Positions 1-12,682 of a DNA stretch of 64,000 nt are shown one piece after another; the first letter of the stretch is position 1, and the number at the start of each line of letters is the position of its first letter. The notes under the pieces are model-generated. The model was not told where the DNA came from. It worked only from the letters and a program-made list of their open reading frames with translations, and did not search any database. The stretch is from Mobula hypostoma (Eukaryota): NCBI RefSeq assembly GCF_963921235.1, contig NC_086097.1, positions 34,660,001-34,724,000 on the forward strand. The letters run 5' to 3'. A program made the position numbers and the translations under genes.

Positions 1-27
1 AAACTGTGAAATTTGTTGTCACTGGCA

Positions 28-200
28 ACTGTGGAGGCCAAGTCTTTATATATACTTCATGCAGAGGTTGATAGATTCTTGAATGGTCAGGGCATGAGGG
101 ATACAGGGAGAAGACTGAGAGGAAAACAGATCAGTCATGATGGAATGGCAGAGCAGACTCCATAGGCCAAATGGCCTAAATCTGCTCCTATATCTTATGC
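28..200 (+). mobile_element. CR1 LINE 3' end fragment
   Basis: CR1-type 3' UTR (ATGGCAGAGCAGACTC...GGCCAAATGGCCTAAATCTGCTCCTATATCTTATG), similar to other tails in the window. Confidence 0.7.
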
Positions 201-202
201 TC

Positions 203-800
203 TTAAGAAGTCATGTTCTGGGTGATGGGGGTCCTTAATGATGGATGCCACCTTTTTGAGGCACCACTCCTTGAAGACGTCCTGGATGCTATGGAGGCTA
301 GTGCCCATGATGGAGCTGACTGAGTTCACAGCTTTCTGCAGCTTCTTTCGATCCTGTGCAGTAGACCCCCCTGCCCATACCAGATGGTGATGCGACCTGT
401 TAGAATGCTCTCCATGGTACATCTGTAGAAATTTGCGAGTGCCTTTAGTGACATTCCTAATCTCCTCAAACTCCTAATTCAATGTAGCCGCCATTGTTTC
501 TTCTTTGTAACTGCATCAATATGTTGGCCTAGGACAGGTCCTCAGAGATATTGGCACCCAGGAACTTGAAACTGCTCACCCTTTCCACTTCTGATCCCTG
601 TATGAGGACTGGTGTGTGTTCTCCCAATTAGCCTTTCTGAAGTCCACAATGATGTTGGTCTTAATGATGTTGAGTACGAGGCTGTTGTTGCGACACCACA
701 CAACTAGTTAGTATAATGTATCCTGCTCCTGAACAGCTTCTTGTCAGCATCTGAAATTCTACCAGTAGTTGTTTCATCGGTGAATTTATACATGGCATCT
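203..800 (-). mobile_element. Rex1/Babar-type LINE fragment
   Basis: Translation TAQDRKKLQKAV...CLKKVASIIKDPHHP; homologous to 13070-13830. Confidence 0.75.
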
Positions 801-811
801 ATGAATTGGCT

Positions 812-1210
812 GAGATGGGAACTCATTGAAACCTATTGAGTGGTGAAAGGCCTGTATAGAGTGGCTGTGGAGAGAATGTTTTCTATTGTGGGTGGGTCTA
901 GGACCAGAGGACACAGCCTCAGGATAGAGGGGCGTCCTTTTAGAACAGAGATGAGGAGGAATTTCTTTAGCCAGAGTGTGAAGATTCTGTGGAATTCGTT
1001 GCCACAGGCAGCTGTGGAGGCCAGGTCATTGCATGTATTTAAGTTGGGGGTTAATAGGTTCTTGATTAGTCAGGGTGTGAAAGGCTACCAGGTGAAGGCA
1101 GGAGATCAGGATTGAGAGGGAATTGGATCAGCCATGAGGAAATGGTGAAGAAGACTCAATGGGCCGTATGGCCTCATTCTGATTCTATCTATGGTCATTT
1201 GGTCCTATGG
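812..1210 (+). mobile_element. CR1 LINE 3' fragment
   Basis: RTRGHSLRIEGRPFRTEMRRNFFSQ...LWNSLP, the ORF2 C-terminus, followed by a CR1 tail. Confidence 0.85.
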
Positions 1211-2605
1211 TAATGACCGCTCATAAATTTATTCACATCTAAATACCTGGTGTACCAAGACCAAATGAAGCATGTCACCCTCTGTTGTTTGTTCTCCAGT
1301 CCTCCTTACTCAATGGCCTCTATGGTGGTTAACATAAAGGCACTTGAAATGAAAAGCCTCTTTTTGAACTGATGCCTATTGATCCTTACCACAGTTGTTT
1401 CCTTGTTTTGATGGGCTAAGTGAAGTCTCTGAAACAAAAAGGTAGGCTTGATCTTCTTTTGTAATTTACAGTTATAACTCTGAATGTTGCTTAATTGAAA
1501 CTAATATAAGATCCATTTACTTTCTTCTTTAAGCTATTGTACATCACAATATTTTAAATATGTCCAGAAATGTATGCAGTTGGTTATCTGAAGTTTGGAT
1601 TTTAGCTATTTTGTGCAGAAACAAATATCACAATTTAAATTCAGGCTTTTCCCCCCAAAATTTTAAAAGCAATTTTAGTTGAAATGAGCAGCTCTTGTTA
1701 TCCTGTTACACTTTTCCTCAGAGGTAGATGGCGTAAAGTGTGATTAATCACGTTTTATAAACTTTTTTTGATGTGTGCTTACTGGAGATAAGATGTGTCA
1801 TCCCTAAAATAGAGTTCATAGAGTCATCTCACCATATATCTAACACCACCACATTTTTTGGTATGGGGGAGTGCATCTTACGTTTTAAAAAAAAGTTTTG
1901 CATGCTGAGTTACTGAATGAGTTATTTTCTGTTTAGTCAGGAGGTTGACGTAATGAACTGATAAGCTATTTTTGCAATGCACGTTATTTTCTGGTAAAAT
2001 ATGGAAATTCATCTTTTAGAGATAATTGTCTGGAGCATCATCTGTCTAGAAAACTGTGTATGTGTTATGTAACCATAAATAGAGTGACGAAACAGATAAT
2101 GACGGAACAGTGACTAAAAATTAATCATGATGATACAGCATAGGAAGAGATCGATTCAGCCAATTGTATCTCTGCTGGCTGTTTGCAAGATTCATACCCA
2201 TTGCCTGCGCCCCTCTCCCACCTCTTTTCCCAAAATAACCTTACAAAGTCCCTGTTCATTTTTTTTAATTAACATTGCACATTTGGAAGTTACAGTGTGT
2301 TATTGCCAGGCTCTGCATTCCAGACCACCACAAATTTACTGAGCGAGGAAAAAACATGTTTTCTCATGTTGCTTAAGTTATCCAAACTTCCCTGTACAGA
2401 TTCATCCATTCTTAAAACCAAGCAGTTTTAATATTTTATAACACCTAAAATATTTAATACTGAGCTCACAATGATGCAGAATTCCTTGTGACAAATGTCA
2501 TCAGCTGGACAGCAAAGATGATCTTTCCAAATGTTTTGCCACCTTTTCATGATGAAATTGAAGTTTCACCTTCCTGTACTTTCCACTTGTACAAACTAAA
2601 TTCAT

Positions 2606-2706
2606 GGTCCTGAAGAAGGATCTCGGCCCAAAACATCAACTGTTTATTCATTTCTATAGATGCTGCCTAACCTGCTGCATTCCTCCAGCATTTTGTGTGT
2701 GTTGCT
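2606..2706 (+). mobile_element. Penelope terminal-repeat fragment with decayed hammerhead motif
   Basis: GGTC-CTGAAGA-AGGATCTCGGCCC-AAAA-CA-TC-AACT, homologous to 18921-18956 with three CG>CA changes. Confidence 0.7.
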
Positions 2707-2920
2707 TTAAATAAATAAGACTCTGGCCAGCTGCAAGACGTTTTTTTTATTTGCGTTGCCAGACCTTGCAACAATATCAGATCCAATTGTACCTGTTTGA
2801 CCATCGTAAAATTCTGATTAATGTATCAGTTTAAAACATCTCAAGGCAACTCGATTTGTAAACTTTCTAAACCACTAAAACTGTCAAATATAACATATGT
2901 GACAAGAACTCTCAATTATT

Positions 2921-5423
2921 ACATAGAAAAATAGAAACATAGAAAACCTACAGCACAATACAGGCCCTTCCACCCACAAAGTTGTGCCGAACATGTCCCT
3001 ACCTTAGAAATTACTAGGCTTACCCATAGCCCTCTATTTTTCTAGGGTCCATGTACTTATCCAAAAGTCTCTTAAAAGACCCTTTCGTATCCGCCTCCAC
3101 CACCATTGCCAGCAGCCCATTCCACGCACTCACCACTCTCTAAAAAATTTACCCCGACATCTCCTCTATACCTACTCCCAAGCACCTTAAACCTGTGCCC
3201 TCTCGTGGCAACCATTTCAGCCCTGGGAAAAAGCCTCTGACTATCCCACATGATCAATGCCTCTCATCATCTTGTACACCTCTGTCAGGTCACCTCTCAT
3301 CTTCCATTGCTCCAAGGAGAAAAGGCTGAGTTCACTCAACCTATTTTCATAAGGCATGCTCCCCAATCCAGGCAACATCCTTGTAAATCTCCTCTGCACC
3401 CTTTCTATGGTTTCCACGTCCTTCCTGTAGTGAGGTGACCAGAACTGAGCACAGTACTCCAAGTGGAGTCTGTCCAGGGTCCTATATAGCTGCAACATTA
3501 CCTCTCGGCTCCTAAATTCAATTCCATGATTGATGAAGGCCAATACACCGTATGCCTTCTTAACCACAGAGTCAACCTGCGCAGCTGCTTTGAGCATCCT
3601 ATGGACTCGGATCCCAAGATCCCTCTGTTCCTCCACACTGCCAAGAGTCTTACCATTAATACTATATTCTGCCATCATATTTGACCTACCAAAATGAACC
3701 ACTTCACGCTTATCTGGGTTGAACTCCATCTGCCACTTCTCAGTCCAGTTTTTCATCCTATCACTGTCCCGCTGTAACCTCTGGTAGCCCTCCACACTAT
3801 CCACAACACCTCCAACTTCTGTGTCATCAGCAAACTAACCCATCCCTCCACTTTTTATAAAATCACGAAGAGTAAGGGTCCCAGAACAGATCCCCGAGGC
3901 ACTCCACTGGTGACTGACCTCCATGCAGAATATGACCCGTCTACAACCATTCTTTGCCTTCTGTGGGCAAGCCAGTTCCGGATCCACAAAGCAATGTTCC
4001 CTTGGATCCCATGCCTCCTTACTTTCTCAATAAGCCTTGCATGGGGTACTGTATCTTATCAAATGCCTTGCTGAAATCCATATACACTACATCTACTGCT
4101 CTTCCTTCATCAGAGTGTTTAGTCACATCCTCAAAAAATTCAATCAGGTTTATGAGGCACGACCTGCCCTTGACAAAGCCATGCTGACTATTCCTAATCA
4201 TATTATACCTCTCCAAATGTTAATAAATCCTGCCTCTCAGGATCTTCTCCATCAACTTACCAACTACAGAAGTAAGACTCACTGGTCTATAATTTCCTGG
4301 GCTATGTCTGCGCCCTTTCTTGAATAAAGGAACAACATTCGCAACCCTCCAATCCTCCGGAAACTCTCCCATCCCCATTGATAATGCAAAGATCATTGCC
4401 AGAGGCTCAGCAATCTCCTCCCTCGCCTCCCACAGTAGCCTGAGATACATCTCATCCAGTCCCGGCAACTTATCCAACTTGATGCTTTCCAAAAGCTCCA
4501 GCACACCCTCTTTCTTAATATCTACATGCTCAAGCTTTTCCGTCTGCTGTAAGTCATCACTACTATCACCAAGATCCTTTTCCATAGTGAATACTGAAGT
4601 GAAGTATTCATTAAGTACCTCTGCTATTTCCTCCAGTTCCATACACACTTTCCCACTGTCACACTTGATAGGTCCTATTCTTTCACGTCTTATCCTCTTT
4701 CTCTTCACATACTTGTAGAATGCCTTGGGGTTTTCCTTAATCCTGCCCGCCAAGGCCTTTTCATGGCTCCTTCTGACTCTCCTGATTTCCTTCTTAAGCT
4801 CCTTCCTGTTCGCCTTATAATCTTCTAGATCTCCAACATTACCTAGCTCTCTGAACCTTTTGTAAGCTTTTCTTTTCTTCTTGACTAGATTTATTACAGC
4901 CTTTGCACACCACGGTTCCTGTACCCTACCATAACTTCCCTGTCTTATTGGAACATACCTATGCAGAACTCCACACAAATATCCCCTGAACATTTGCCAC
5001 ATTTCTTCCGTACTTTTCCCTGAGAACATCTGTTCTCAATTTAAGCTTCCAAGTTCCTACCTGATAGCCTCATAATTCCCCTTACCAGTTAAATGCTTTT
5101 CTAACTTGTCTGTTCCTAACTCTCTCCAGTGCTATTGTACAGGAGATAGCATTATGATCACTATCTCCAAAATGCTCTCCCACTGAGAGATCTGACACCT
5201 GACCAGGTTCATTTCCCAATACCAAATCAAGTACAGCTTCTCCTCTTGTAGGCTTATCTACATATTGTGTCAAGAAACCTTCCTGAACACACCTAACAAA
5301 CTCCACCCCATCTAAACCCCTTGCTCTAGGAGATGCCAATCGATATTTGGGAAATTAAAATCTCCCATCACAACAACTCTGTTATTATTACACCTTTCCA
5401 GGATTTGTTTCCCAATCTGCTCC
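2921..5423 (-). mobile_element. CR1 LINE, 5'-truncated, ORF2 disrupted
   Basis: Endonuclease end (HFGDSDHN), [33 protein letters not shown], and a (TTCTATGT)-type tail at 2921-2945. Several stops and frameshifts. Confidence 0.95.
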
Positions 5424-5674
5424 CTATCCATCTCATGCACTTTGCTTCTCCTTGTTTCTTGATAAAATGAATGAGAATAATTCAGAACTGATTTGTGAAC
5501 GAACTTCTATTCTGTGGGACCATCTGTTTGCATACCAAAATACTGCATTATCATGTTTTCCAACAGTCCAGTTCCAACTATTATAGTCCTCATGGCATCT
5601 GTGATGATCTCAGCTGGAGTGTAATCCAACATTAGAAACTGCAAACAAGAGAAATTCAGCAGAAAAACTGATTT

Positions 5675-6030
5675 CAGCCATGATCTTATTGAATGGCAGA
5701 GCAGGCTCGATGGGCCAAATGGCCTACTCCTGCTCCTATTTCTTATGCAATGTGCGTGCAATTGTCAGGCTCTTGAACAAAAGAGGATAACTACACTCTT
5801 TGTATTTCTGGTGTTCCCACAATCAATTATCTCACTTTAAGGACTCTATCTTGTTATTTCAGGCTCTCCTTATTTATTGTCATTTATTTATATTTGCATT
5901 TGCAGTTTGTTGTTCTTTGATCCAATTTACAGTTACTGTTTTATAGATTTGCGGAGCATGCCCGCAGGGGAAAGAATCTCAGGGTTGTATGTGTGTTTGT
6001 ACCTCGGAAAAAAAATTTTACTTTGAGCTT
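5675..6030 (+). mobile_element. CR1 tail (5675-5750) followed by a Rex1-type 3' UTR fragment (5765-6030)
   Basis: Similar to the tails at 61370-61445 and 42260-42465/43540-43610. Confidence 0.55.
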
Positions 6031-6779
6031 TTCAAGTGTTCGTCTAGGCAGATCTGCACACAGTTGGTGACATGAGTCTGTTACTTTAATCTGGAAAAAA
6101 TATGAGCGTTAATTGATTTGAAATGCAATCTTGCAAATTTAAATGAGCTACAATTCAATAGTGTTTTTAATGCACCGTAAAAAGCAATTAAAGACGTGCA
6201 GTGTTCTTCCTATATGTAAACTTGTATGTTTCCCTCTGTTTCTGACAACTACTTCTCCAGATTACATATAGTCGTGTTGAACCCCAGATACCTTTGCAGA
6301 GAAATGCAATGTTTACTCAAGTCCTTTCCGCTCAATATTCCACCGCATCCGGTGTTTTTTGGAGGTAGTAAGAAGTTACTCTACTGTTGCACACCGTTGA
6401 GATTGAGAGTTTCAGTGAAGCCGCATTGCTCGGTAATAGAGGCACCCCCGTCAAACTTCATTTATTGTGACGGTAGTGGTGAACCCTCGTTTTAGTTTTA
6501 AACTATCGAACAGTTTCCTAGCCCTCTTCAGAAATTTCAAAAACCAATCGATATTAGTACTAAATCTAATCATTGACTCATTATTCTCTGCTCTTTAGGA
6601 TAGAGAATTCCAAAGATTCACACCCCTCCTCATTTGACGTTTAAATGGGCGATCCTCACCAGGGGACGACATAGCTGGCTAGTGTCCAGCTTCAAGCAGG
6701 AATGCATTTTTGCCTCTTCGGTAGATTTCCCCTTTCCGTGGAACCGAACCCCCACCTCCTCCAAGGTTAAAAAAAAGCA

Positions 6780-8060
6780 ACGGTGTGTCACACATTCAAA
6801 ACAGACCACGCGGCCGGGGGCGCGCGCGCGTCCCCGTGAGCGAGCGCGGACAGGAAAGGAGGGCGCGGGCACACACACCGAGCCAGCCGGCTGCCCGCTC
6901 CTCCCTCCCTCGCCCGGGCCGGTCAGCGCGGATGGAGGAAGGTCGCAGACAGACAGCGGAGGCGTGAACAATCGGGAGGTGGGCGGAGCGGAGCCGCTGC
7001 GACACGGGTGACAGTTAGCTGAGGTCGAGTATAAGGCTGCGGGCGCTGCGGTTCCGCTGGCAGGGAAAACCGTCTCACGGACGGACCGTTTTACCATTGC
7101 CGAGCGCCGACTGTAGGCAACCCCCTTCCCCTCCCGGGGCGAGCACCGAGTTCGGGACAGATCCGCTGCCCCCTCGGGCACCGTCTGCTGGACAAGCCGT
7201 TCCTCCGGGACTGATTTCCCCGCCCCTCAGAGCACCTTCTCCGGGGCGGCACCCCCTCTCTCGTCCCGCCGCCGAGCATCGTCTCCAGGACAGCTCAGGG
7301 CTGCGTCCGGGGAGCCACCGTCTCCGGGACACAGCCCACTCCCCTCCCGTCCCGTCCCGGCCGCCACAAATATACGGACACTCGCGATGGGCGTGCGGGC
7401 GGGCGCCTGGCGCCAGCTGGTCAACTACTTGCACGACCCGCACTGGGTGGCCAGATTTCAGCAGCTGTGCGGGGTGACCGCCGTGCCCCTCGCCAACGGC
7501 AGCTGCCGCCATGAGGCCGGGACCGTGGGCGCTGGCGAGGCCGGGGCCGGGGCCAGGCACCGCGGAGACCCCGGCGGCGCCTCAAACTGGAACGGCGTGG
7601 CCTGCGAGCCGGCCGCCAGCGCTGACACCGGGCACTGCGGCGACCCCGCCGCCGCCGCCTCCAATCCGGGAGAAGCCGAGCGGCGGCTTTTTGCTGCCCA
7701 CAAGAAGAAGCCGAGGCGCAGGAACTCGCTGAACGAGGAGGCTGCGGGCGCCGAGTTCATCATCCGCAACCGGCTGCTGTACTACCTCTTCAGCCTGGGC
7801 ACCGAGCTAGGCAACGAGCTGTTCTGCATCACCTTCTTCCCCTTCTGGCTCTGGAATATCGACCCGTACGTCGGCCGCCGCTTGATCGTTATCTGGGTGT
7901 GGGTCATGTACCTGGGCCAGTGTACCAAGGATATCATCCGCTGGCCGCGACCCTCCTCTCCTCCTGTGATCAAGGTGGAGATCTTCTACGACTCTGAGTA
8001 CGGGATGCCCTCCACTCACGCTATGTCAGGCACGGCCATCCCTTTCTCGCTTTTCTTCCT
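6780..8060 (+). promoter_or_regulatory. CpG island / SGPP1 promoter and 5' UTR
   Basis: Abrupt GC- and CpG-rich block in an AT-rich background. GC box GGGCGGAG at 6981-6988 and TATA-like TATAAGG at 7030-7036. No ATG seen between the TATA-like site and 7387. Confidence 0.85.
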
Positions 8061-8079
8061 AACCTGCGGCAGATGGGAG
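7387..8079 (+). CDS. SGPP1: SGPP1 coding exon 1 (231 codons)
   Basis: ATG in strong Kozak context (GCGATGG). The N-terminus LHDPHWVARFQQLCGV and RRNSL resemble vertebrate SGPP1. PAP2 motifs C1 (KDIIRWPRP) and C2 (PSTH) are present. Ends at a phase-0 donor GAG|GTAATG (GT at 8080). Confidence 0.95.
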
Positions 8080-9221
8080 GTAATGCTATTTATTTAATTG
8101 GTAATTCATTCAGTGTTTGTGGTTCTTTGATGTGGGTGAATATTGCTGGAATATTATGGGCAAGGTGGAGACTTTTGCGCCAGTCTCCATTGGTACCAAT
8201 ACTGCCGGCAAAGTTGGAAGCCGTTCCTTTCAGTGTAGCCTTTGCCAAGATTGCTGGTTATATTTCTCCTTATAATTTGGTCATTTAACACCGTAGATTC
8301 AATGAAGGCTGGGCAACAGTGTGTTAAAATATGCATGTTTGGCTTGAGGATATTTTTAGATGTAGATCTACAAACTCCTGTACCTTCCTTAGTTCAATTT
8401 AAATGAATAACTATTTTGTTTCATGTTTCAAAACTACCGTTTGACACTCGATTGGCCTGGTACTAAACTAAAAAAAATCCAGTTTCAAACGGCTTCCTTT
8501 TCCATGTTGACCTTCAGGGCCCAGTTATGCTGGAAACTGCAACCATCTAACCCGTTTGTGTTACCTGTCACTTGACTGCTGAAATTGATCTCTCTTTATT
8601 CTACCAGTCAATCTCTCAAAATAAAAAGGCACTAACAATAAGCCTTAAACATTTCAAAAGGGGAGCAAACAAGCCTTAAGTATTGTTTAACTTGAGCAAT
8701 AATATTTATGATTGGCGTGCAATCTGTAGAAAGTGGTTTCCAGTTATTGGCACTTGAAGTGTTGGATACCACACACAAAATGTTGGAGGAACTCTCCCAA
8801 GTTGAGCAACATCTATGGAGGGGTATAAAGCAGTTCATGTTTTGGGCCTAGGCCTTTCATTTAGCTGATGCAAAATCAGATAGTGCTGTGAGTTGTTAAG
8901 AGAATGGAGCTTTATGGAAATATGGCCAAATTAAGTAAGCACATGGCAAATTCAATTTGGAAAATGAGATTATCCATTTTGATTAAACACTGATTTAAAA
9001 TGGTGAACATTTGAATGTTGTTGGTTTTCAGAGGGTCTTTTGTCTTGAAAACGAATCTATGTGATACAAGTATTAGAAGGGAAATAACATTTTGACTTCT
9101 GTGGCAAGATGACAGGAGTGATGGAGTGTTTACAGATGAGATCTCTCTAACCAAGGAAGTATATACTTGCAATTGAGGGAGTGTGCTGAAAATTCACCAG
9201 ATTGATTCCTGGCATCACAGG

Positions 9222-9355
9222 AAAAAGACAGCAAATGCTGGGAATTTGGAGCAACACAGAAAATGCTGAGGAACTTCGCAGGTCCGGCAGCATCTCTGGC
9301 GGGGGATGGGGATGGATAAAAGATATTTTGGGTCAAGATCTCAGTCTTGATGAAG
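9222..9355 (-). mobile_element. Decayed Penelope terminal-repeat fragment
   Basis: GCAACACAGAAAATGCTGAGGAACTTCGCAGGTCCGGCAGCATCT matches the family at 33385-33481. Confidence 0.6.
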
Positions 9356-9835
9356 ATGATGGTGTCATATCTTGGTGGCTAGAGGTACTGTTTCTCAGCT
9401 GAGGAAAGCATGTGTGAGTTGTCAACATTCTTCACTGTGCAGTAATTGTGCAGTTCACCAAATAATGTTTGCCATATTCCCAATTCCAAGTTTCCATGCT
9501 TCCATTAAACTCACTGGGCCTTTGGTTTCCCACTTTCCCTTTTAATTTTCTGGATTCACAGGGATATTTATTATTCTACTGTGTAACATCCTAAGGAATG
9601 TTGGAATGTTAATAACATTAACAATCAATTGTATGGAAGATCTTGGGCCAGTCTGACCAAAGTCCCGCATCGCACCGGAGTCGTAGTGTAACTGCAGTGT
9701 AATTTAACAATTTGGATTAAATAGAAATTAAAGGAAATCTAGAAATTAGTTCAGTGTTTTATGGGAGAAATGGAAAGAAATTGGGTTACCAGAATAATTT
9801 AGGACTACCATTGAATTTTTTTTGTCCTCTATGAA

Positions 9836-10230
9836 ATTGGTAAATTGATTTATTATTGTTGCATGGACAGATGTACAATGAAAAACTTTGTTTTGCAAGC
9901 CAAGTCATTTCATCACAACACAGTGAGGTGGTACAAGGGACAACAGAATGCAGATAAAGTGTTACAGAGAAGGTGCAGTGTAGACGATGAAGTGTGAGGC
10001 CATACTGAGGTAGACTGTGAGGTCAAGCAACCATCTTATTGTATTAAGGGATATTAATAGTTTTCTAACAGCAGGTTAGAAGCTGTTCTGGAGCCTGGTG
10101 GTAGGTGGCTTGAGGTGTTTGTATCTTCTGCACAGCGGGAGGTGAGGGAGAAAAGAGAACGTCTGGGTGGCCAAGAGCTCTCATAACATAGGCAGCATTA
10201 CCAAGGCTGTGAGAAATGCGTATTGAGGTG
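9836..10230 (-). mobile_element. Rex1-type LINE 3' end fragment
   Basis: Reverse-strand AATAAA tail and GAAGCTGTTC...GAGCCTGGTGGT segment; homologous to 32302-32464/33345-33720. Confidence 0.55.
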
Positions 10231-10446
10231 GTGAGAAAGAGGATATTGGTTTGTGTTTGCTAGTATTGGGTTAACTCTTAGCAGCTACATTTGAATTTTG
10301 GAAGAGATATTTGTATTGTGATCTGTAAATTATTCACAAGTTACAATTAGCTCTATATTGCTACTTTTTGTCATATAATAAATTTAAAAAGTGCATTGAT
10401 TGTTGATTTAAAATATGCAGTTAAAACATCTTTAAGGCCAATAATT

Positions 10447-11675
10447 AGACCATAAGACGTAAGGACAGAATTAGTTCATTCACCCTTCTAAATTTGTTCA
10501 CCATTCAATCATGGTTAATTTTTGTTCAATTCCATCTCATTCCTTCTCGTAACCCTTAATCCCCTTGCCAGTCAAGAACATCTGGTTTAAGTACACAATA
10601 ATTTGGTTTCTATAACCCTCCCTGGCAAAAATTCCGCAGATTGTACCTCTGAATGAGGAAATTCTCGTCTCAGTTCTCAAAGGACATCCCTTTATTTTGA
10701 GGCTGAACATAACCCACAGGAACAGAATTGGGCCTTTTAGCCCATCGAGTCTGCTCCACGGTTTGATCATGGCTGATTTATTATCCCCCCCTCAGTGCCA
10801 TTCTTCTACCTTCTCCCTGCAACCTTTGACATCTTTATTGATCAAGAATCTATCAATCTCCACATTAAATATACCCAATGACTTGGCATCCACAACCGGC
10901 TGTTGCAAAGAATTCTATGGATTCACCTCCCTTGCTAAAGAATTTCCTCTTCATCTCTGTTCTAACGGGCCATCCTTCTATTCTGAGGCTGTGCCCTCTT
11001 GTCCTGGATTCCCCCACTATTGGAAACTTCCTCTCAACGTCCAGTCTATCTCAGCCTTTCAGTATTCAATAGGTTTCAATGTGATGTTCTCCCTCCCCTC
11101 CCCATTTTTCTAAACTCCATCAAGTACAGGCCCAGAGGCATCAAATGCCCTTCATACATTAACCATTTTATTCCTGGGATCATTCTTGAATCTCTTCTGG
11201 ACCCTCTTCAATCCTTTCCTAGATAAGGGGTCCAAAACTGCTCATTGTGGTCTGACCAGTGCCTTATGAGTCCTCAGCTTTTATATTCTAGTTCACTTGA
11301 AATGAATGCCAACATTGTGTTTACTTACCACCAATTCAACCTGCAAGTTAAGTTTTGGGAAATCCTGCACTAGGACTCTCTGAGTTTGCTCCCTGTTCAG
11401 AAAATGGTCTAAAACTATGTGCCCTCAGATTCTACCCGCCTGCTTCATGTCCACTCAATCTAGGCCTTTCATTACTTGGTAGATTTTGATGAGATCCTTC
11501 TTCATCCTTCTCAACTCAGTTGAGTAAAAGCCCAGAGCCTTCAAATAATCCTCATATGTTATGCCCTCAATCACAGGATCATTCTTGTGAATCTCCTGGA
11601 CCCTCTTCAGGGCCAGCTCCTCTTTCTTTAGATAAATTGTTCACAACATTTCAAGTGCAGTCTGACCAACACCTT
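10447..11675 (-). mobile_element. Cluster of about three CR1 3' fragments
   Basis: CR1 tails at about 10447 and 10715 and a further ORF2 C-terminal piece at about 11420-11675; homologous to 50320-50845. Confidence 0.75.
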
Positions 11676-12682
11676 TGTCATTTGTAACACCGAGAATTTT
11701 ATTTGTGCCTTACTCAGTGTACAACAAAATTAAATTGTGTTCAAGGAATCTGTTGCATTTGGGTCAAGTCTTCAACTCCTTGACTAGACTGATTGGATTT
11801 TGGTGGCGATGAGGCACCATTCCTATGTAATCATTTTTGAGGCTAGACAAGTGTTGACAAGCTGATTGAACTCAAATGTGCTCAATCCTGTGTATGTAAC
11901 CGTCATCATTCTCATACATATAGAGACTCATGGAAACCAGATTAAGAGCAATTGCATGTGTTGGTAAATTCCTAACCTAAGGGCGATAAGTATGCTGATT
12001 CATGATTGGAACTATTCTGATTTATGGCAGTAGAGTAGATACAAATTAGACATTAAATTCCAGATTTTCCTGGCATGTGAATTTTGTATTGTACTAAAGC
12101 TTTCAATGCAAATCCACATGTTCCACCAGCATTTGACATGGGCCAGAGATTTCCAGGAATTGATGGGAATGTTGCATTTTTGTGGTTTTGTATTCCAAGA
12201 AGAATTTAAAGACAACCTTGAATCTAAACCTCTGATTTTCTGGTTATCTTTTTTCCTAACACAATTGAAAATAGAGATTCTGTTTTCACTGTCTGGCAAG
12301 TGTACAAGCCTATTTTAAAAGTGTTCCTGATTTATCTTGCTATTTTACTATTATTTTGTAAGGCACAGTCTTGCAACTTATTATAGCAAATACATCATGC
12401 ATTAACTATCAAAATGTTGGGATTGAGAAATAAAGTACATTGGTCCTTTAAGATGAAAAATATACCACAGGTTACTACAGGAAGCAAGGGAAGAGATTGT
12501 TGTGCCTTTGGTGATAATCTTTGCATCCTCACTGGCTGCAGTAGTAGTACCAGAAGATTAGAGGTGGAAAATGTTATCCAATTGTTCAAGAAAGTATAAT
12601 GTATTTGATATATTTCTTTTTTTCTTGAACTCTGTATTCTCCTATGTAGAAAATTAATAAAAATATTGAAAAGGAAAAAAGA

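Noticed and set aside
6630..8019. Many overlapping 60-180 aa ORFs on both strands at the promoter
   Set aside because: Expected from stop-codon scarcity in a CpG island; low-complexity products with no recognisable domain.
8080..8097. ORF-track extension of exon 1 (VMLFI*) as a 236-aa protein
   Set aside because: It reads through a canonical splice donor, and motif C3 lies in exons 2-3.
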